Positions 59,488-64,000 of a DNA stretch of 64,000 bases are shown one piece after another. Under the pieces are notes generated by a model. It did no database searches. It saw only the letters and a program-made list of their open reading frames with translations, and had not been told where the DNA came from. The stretch is taken from NCBI GenBank assembly GCA_963845565.1, contig CAWJSJ010000001.1:736001-800000 (forward strand), in the 5' to 3' direction. The position numbers were made by a program, and so were the translations under genes. How positions within the stretch are numbered: the stretch's first letter is position 1; the number at the start of each line of letters is the position of its first letter. The stretch is from an uncultured Methylomirabilota bacterium (GTDB lineage: Bacteria > Methylomirabilota > Methylomirabilia > Methylomirabilales > 2-02-FULL-66-22).

Positions 59488-60232
59488 CGTCGAAAACCTC
59501 AACGTCTACTACGGGGCGATCCACGCCCTCCAAGGGATCTCGTTCAGTGTGGATCAAGGGGAAATCGTCACGCTGATCGGGGCCAACGGTGCGGGAAAGT
59601 CCACCACGCTGCGCACCATCTCCGGTCTGCTCCGCCCCCGCCGTGGTGCTGTCCGTTTTCGGGGCGAGGACATCACCATGACTCCCGCCGAGCAGATCGT
59701 TCGGTTGGGTATCGGCCACGTGCCCGAGGGTCGGAAAATCTTCGCACCGCTGACCGTGCGTGAGAACCTCGAGATGGGAGCCTTCACCCGGTCGGATCCG
59801 GCCGAGATCTCGCAGTCCATGGCGCGGGTCTTCGCCAGTTTCCCCCGCCTCAAGGAGCGGGCCGCTCAGTTGGGCGGAACCCTCTCGGGTGGAGAACAGC
59901 AGATGCTGGCAACCGGGCGCGGACTCATGAGCAGGCCCACCCTGTTGCTGCTGGACGAGCCGTCCATGGGGCTCAGCCCGATCATGGTCGAAGAGATCTT
60001 CCGGATCATCAAGGAGATCAACTCGCAAGGAACGAGCATTCTGCTGGTGGAGCAGAATGCGTTGATGGCGCTGCAGGTCGCGCATCGCGCCTACGTTCTG
60101 GAAACCGGACGTATCGTGCTGCAGGGTTCGGCCAGCGAACTGCGACAAAGTTCCCGGGTGAAGGAGGCGTACCTGGGCCTGCCCAAGGAGGCCTTGGCTG
60201 GCGACACCAACCGCCCGCCGACCTCGCCGTGA
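59477..60232 (+). CDS. livF: Branched-chain amino acid ABC ATPase
   Basis: GANGAGKS, LSGGEQQM and DEPSMGL. Confidence 0.92.
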   Translation: MLLDVENLNVYYGAIHALQGISFSVDQGEIVTLIGANGAGKSTTLRTISGLLRPRRGAVRFRGEDITMTPAEQIVRLGIGHVPEGRKIFAPLTVRENLEMGAFTRSDPAEISQSMARVFASFPRLKERAAQLGGTLSGGEQQMLATGRGLMSRPTLLLLDEPSMGLSPIMVEEIFRIIKEINSQGTSILLVEQNALMALQVAHRAYVLETGRIVLQGSASELRQSSRVKEAYLGLPKEALAGDTNRPPTSP

Positions 60233-60265
60233 ATGAACTCCCGATGCCGATCGGCTGTCGCGGAG

Positions 60266-60298
60266 ACGACCCCGGTTGATTCTTCAGCCGGGGTCGTT
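60266..60298. terminator. Hairpin between convergent operons
   Basis: ACGACCCCGGTTGA / TCAGCCGGGGTCGT. Confidence 0.6.
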
Positions 60299-60531
60299 AT
60301 GTCTCTTGATGTTGTATTACTCGACGAACCGACGCCCTGGAGGGTTTCTCGTGTAGCGCTTGAGGGTTCTCGTGAACTCAAAGCCAAGATTGTATCGTGC
60401 GGTGCAACGTAATGAATCCATTAGGGATTTTTTACACCGGCGTTTCCGAAAGAAATGCAACACACCGTTGAGATTTCACTTGAGCTTCGTCGGAAGCACC
60501 TCGGCGCGGACCGCTGAGAGGCCGAGGTGGA

Positions 60532-61464
60532 CTATCCTTCCCGTTCGAATGGCACACCGAGGCTCGCCGGCGCCCCTCCCCGCCCGCGCACCTGTTGCAA
60601 CCGCGTGATGAGCACCAGAATCGAGATCGTAAACAGGTACGGGAGCATGCGCAGGATATACGACGGGATCACATTGATCTGCCGCGCCTCCAGCGTGAAC
60701 TGGAACGCGTTCACGCAGCCGAACAGGAGGGCGCCAAGGGCCGCCCGCCATGGGTTCCAGAGCGCGACGATCACCATGGCGATGGCGATCCACCCTTGGC
60801 CGGACGTCATGTTTTCTTTCCAGCCCGGCGTATAGGCCAGCGAAAGATACGCGCCCGCCAGGCCGGCCAGCGCCCCTCCGAACGCCGTCCAGAGATACCT
60901 GGTTCGTGCGACCGGGATACCCGCCGTGTCCGCGGCGGCTGGGTTCTCCCCCACCGCTCGCAGGTTCAACCCTGGGCGAGTGTGGAACAGAAAGAACCAC
61001 GCGGCAGGCACCAGAACATACCCGAGATAGACCAGCGGAACCTGCACGAAGAGCACCGGCCCCAGAACCGGAACCTCACTCAGTATCGGGACGGGCCACG
61101 GCAGGAACCGCACCCCGACCCTGCCGATGAGCGGACGTCCCAGGAAACTCGCCAGGCCGGTCCCGAGTATGACCAACGCCAGTCCGCACACGACCTGATT
61201 GGCGCGGAGCGTGATCGTGAACACTCCGTGGATCAGGGCGAGGAGTCCGCCCATCGCCATGGCCCCCAGAACTCCCAGTGCAAGGCTCCCCGTGGCTTGA
61301 GCCGTCGCGAACCCACTCAACGCGCCTACCAACATCATCCCCTCGACGCCGAGGTTCAAGACGCCGCTCCGTTCCGTGAACACTTCGCCTATGCTCGCGA
61401 AGAGCACGGCCATGCTCGATTGGATGGTGATCGAGAGCACGAAGATCAGGGTCGAAAGCGTCAT
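60532..61464 (-). CDS. Nucleoside/sugar (BMP-associated) ABC permease
   Basis: ERSGVLNLGVEGMML, RAVGENP.AA and GQGWIAIA. Confidence 0.88.
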   Translation of the reverse strand: MTLSTLIFVLSITIQSSMAVLFASIGEVFTERSGVLNLGVEGMMLVGALSGFATAQATGSLALGVLGAMAMGGLLALIHGVFTITLRANQVVCGLALVILGTGLASFLGRPLIGRVGVRFLPWPVPILSEVPVLGPVLFVQVPLVYLGYVLVPAAWFFLFHTRPGLNLRAVGENPAAADTAGIPVARTRYLWTAFGGALAGLAGAYLSLAYTPGWKENMTSGQGWIAIAMVIVALWNPWRAALGALLFGCVNAFQFTLEARQINVIPSYILRMLPYLFTISILVLITRLQQVRGRGGAPASLGVPFEREG

Positions 61465-62531
61465 GGATGCGGCGCCCCCCAGTGTACCCGATAGCGCGAA
61501 ACGACGTCACTCCCCAATACGAAGAACAGCAGGGTACCCTCCAAGACGAGGCCGACGGCGGAGGGGAGGTGCATGACGGTCTGCAACTGGTCCCCGCCGA
61601 CCAGCACGCTCGCAATGAGGAATCCGGTCAGGATGATCCCGACCGGATGGAGGCGTGAAAGCCAGGCCACGATGATTCCCGTGTACCCGTGCCCCACGGC
61701 GAGTCCCTGCTGAAGTCGGTAGTGGATCCCGGACACCTCGGCCATTCCCGCCAGTCCCGCCAGTCCCCCGCTGAGGAACATCACCCAGAGGATCGTCCGG
61801 CCGATGCGCATCCCGGCATAGCGAGCGGCCTTGGGACTCTCTCCGATCACGCGAATCTCGAATCCCCATCGCGTCCGCGACAGCGCCACCTGGCAGAGGA
61901 CCGCGGCGACAAGCGCCAGAGCGATACCGGGATGGATCCGTGTTCCGGGGAGACGCGGAAACCAGGCGTTCTCTGGAAGCATGGCCGTACCGGGAAACCC
62001 CATCCCCATCGGATCCCGCCAGGGTCCGAAGTAGAGGTGTTCCAACCAGAAAATGGCCACGTAATTCAGCATCAGGGTTGTCAGGATCTCGTTGACGTCC
62101 AGCTTGGCCCGGAGGACTCCCGCCAGGAGCGCCCAGAGGCCCCCCGCCAGGAAACCCGCAGCCAGTATGAGGGGAAGCATCGCGGCGGACGGCAGGTACG
62201 GGTGAAGGAAGAGCGCCACACCAGCGGCGCCGATCCCGCCCAACACGAGCTGGCCCTCGGCGCCCACGTTCCACACCTGGATCTTGGCGGCCACTGCGAC
62301 CGCCAGACCGCACAGCATCAAAGGGATTGCCTTGACGATGACCTCGGACACGTCGTGCAGGCTCCCGAAGGCGCCTCGCGCCATCACGGTGTACGCGGCC
62401 ACAGGGTCGGCGCCTGCCAACAGGAACACGACACCGCCCATACCCAGGGCGAGGCTGATGGCGACCCCGTACCCGCCCCAGCGGGCCGCCGCGGACGGCG
62501 CCAACCGTCGTTCGAGCCTCGGACGCATCAT
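61461..62531 (-). CDS. Nucleoside/sugar ABC permease
   Basis: NVGAEGQ, NEILTTLMLNY and GYTGIIVAWL. Confidence 0.88.
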   Translation of the reverse strand: MMRPRLERRLAPSAAARWGGYGVAISLALGMGGVVFLLAGADPVAAYTVMARGAFGSLHDVSEVIVKAIPLMLCGLAVAVAAKIQVWNVGAEGQLVLGGIGAAGVALFLHPYLPSAAMLPLILAAGFLAGGLWALLAGVLRAKLDVNEILTTLMLNYVAIFWLEHLYFGPWRDPMGMGFPGTAMLPENAWFPRLPGTRIHPGIALALVAAVLCQVALSRTRWGFEIRVIGESPKAARYAGMRIGRTILWVMFLSGGLAGLAGMAEVSGIHYRLQQGLAVGHGYTGIIVAWLSRLHPVGIILTGFLIASVLVGGDQLQTVMHLPSAVGLVLEGTLLFFVLGSDVVSRYRVHWGAPHP

Positions 62532-64000
62532 GCCTGTCTCACTCCGGCCATCATCGGCCCGATCTCCGCAAGCGCCTCCGAATCGCTGGTGGAGAGCACA
62601 CCCATGATCTCGCCCCGGAAGATCACCGCAATCCGATCGCTCAAGGAGAGCGCCTCGGTCAGATCGCCGGAGACCAACAGGATTCCCGCATCGGCCCGCT
62701 GCCGGAGCAGTTCCCTCCATACCTCGACCGTGGCCCCGATATCCAGTCCGTGGGTCGGCTGGTCGGCCACGATCAGGCGTGGCCCTTTCGACAGTTCGCG
62801 CGCCAGAATCAACTTCTGCAGGTTCCCGCCCGAAAGCTGCCGGGCTAGGGCGTGCGGCCCGGGTGCCGCGACGTGGAACCGCGCCAGCAACTCCGCCGTC
62901 TGTCGGCGAGCCGCGTGTCGCGGCAGCAGTCCGCGGCGAGACAACCGCCGATAGGTCGTCAGGAGCACGTTGTCGGTCAAGTCCAACCCGGCGACAGAGC
63001 CCGTGCCGGTGCGATCTTCCGGGATGTACCCCACCCGTTCCTCGGCGAACGGCTGCCCGGCGCGCACGCGCCGTCCAAGGACCAACACCTGACCCGAGGT
63101 GAAACAGGCCCCGCCGGTGATCGCCGACACGAGTTCGGTCTGGCCGTTTCCGGCCACGCCCACGATGGAGAACACTTCGCCGCGACGGACGGCAAAGCTG
63201 ACATGGTGAAAGGCGCGGTGCCCCTGTCGGTCCGATCCGGAGCAATCGCGGAGCTCCAAGACGACGTCACCGATCGGGACCGGTTCCCGATCCACGCCCA
63301 GCACCACCTCCCGGCCCACCATCAACCGAGCCAGCTCCCGGCGGCTCTCCACCTCGGCGGGCGCAAGGTCCGCGACGCGCCGGCCGCGGCGAAGCACCGT
63401 GATCTGATCGGCGATCTCCATCACCTCTTCCAGTTTGTGTGTGATGAAGATCACCGACCGCCCTTCACGCACGATCCGGCGGAGCGTGGCAAAGAGCCCG
63501 GCAATTTCGCCCGAGGTGAGGACTGCCGTCGGTTCGTCGAGAATCAGGAGATTCGCGTTTCGGAACAGCAACTTGAGGATCTCGACCCGCTGCTGCTCGC
63601 CGAGCGAGAGATCGGCGATCCTGGCGTGCGGGTCGATGGGGAGGCCGTAGGTGTCGGCGAGTCGCCGGACCTCCCTCTCCATGCGCCCGCGATGCAGCAG
63701 GAATCGAGGCGCCTCCAGACCCAAGGCCACATTCTCCGCCACGGTCTGGTTGGCGACGAGCATGAAATGCTGATGGACCATGCCGATGCCGCTGCGCAGC
63801 GCGTCCTTGGGGGAGCGAAAACGGACGGACGATCCGGCGACGACGATCTCGCCGGCATCCGGCTGGTAGCGACCGGAGAGGATGTTCATCAGGGTCGTTT
63901 TTCCGGCCCCGTTTTCACCGAGCAGGGCGCGCACTGTGCCCGGTTCGACGGTCAGGTCGATCCCGTCGTTGGCGAGCGTACCCGGAAACCGCTTGGTGAT
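62528..64000 (-). CDS. Double-NBD ABC ATPase (NupA/YufO-like); 5' end outside the window
   Basis: GENGAGKT, GMVHQHF, LDEPTAVL and LSGGNLQK. Confidence 0.9.
   Translation of the reverse strand: MTKRFPGTLANDGIDLTVEPGTVRALLGENGAGKTTLMNILSGRYQPDAGEIVVAGSSVRFRSPKDALRSGIGMVHQHFMLVANQTVAENVALGLEAPRFLLHRGRMEREVRRLADTYGLPIDPHARIADLSLGEQQRVEILKLLFRNANLLILDEPTAVLTSGEIAGLFATLRRIVREGRSVIFITHKLEEVMEIADQITVLRRGRRVADLAPAEVESRRELARLMVGREVVLGVDREPVPIGDVVLELRDCSGSDRQGHRAFHHVSFAVRRGEVFSIVGVAGNGQTELVSAITGGACFTSGQVLVLGRRVRAGQPFAEERVGYIPEDRTGTGSVAGLDLTDNVLLTTYRRLSRRGLLPRHAARRQTAELLARFHVAAPGPHALARQLSGGNLQKLILARELSKGPRLIVADQPTHGLDIGATVEVWRELLRQRADAGILLVSGDLTEALSLSDRIAVIFRGEIMGVLSTSDSEALAEIGPMMAGVRQA

Noticed and set aside
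60299..60412. 37-aa ORF containing VLLDEPT (Walker B-like)
   Set aside because: It is too short, has no RBS or other ABC motif, and starts at the base of a hairpin. It is either chance or an untestable relic.

Overview
GC-rich bacterial chromosomal window. Gene order and style suggest candidate phylum Methylomirabilota (NC10/Rokubacteria-like), but this is inference only. It is mostly housekeeping and transport genes: an aroK-aroB fusion plus a second aroB, efp-accB-accC-thiE, two Liv-type ABC operons, tsaC, an MFS transporter, rel, rpmB, recG-rsmD-coaD-aminotransferase, a double Dpp/Opp locus sharing one ATPase pair, miaB, a SPOR protein, ihfA/HU-merR-tRNA-Pro(GGG)-surE-pcm-tRNA-Pro(CGG), acyP-apt-tRNA-Arg(CCT), tRNA-Met, and part of a nucleoside-type ABC operon. 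Two decayed accessory patches lie at tRNA 3' ends. The first (about 38.8-42.0 kb) has a lipoprotein, a Nudix hydrolase, an XRE regulator, an integrase relic and a Zn-ribbon response regulator. The second (about 45.4-51.6 kb) has NitT/TauT ABC pseudogenes, a phage terminase relic, an atypical receiver, a 22-aa tandem-repeat protein and an integrase relic. The most unusual items are a ~100-bp double-hairpin element present twice 10 kb apart, a metallophosphoesterase plus ParB/Srx-like gene pair, a motif-degenerate AroB fused to AroK next to a canonical AroB, and the repeat protein. No CRISPR array, reverse transcriptase or intact mobile element was seen.
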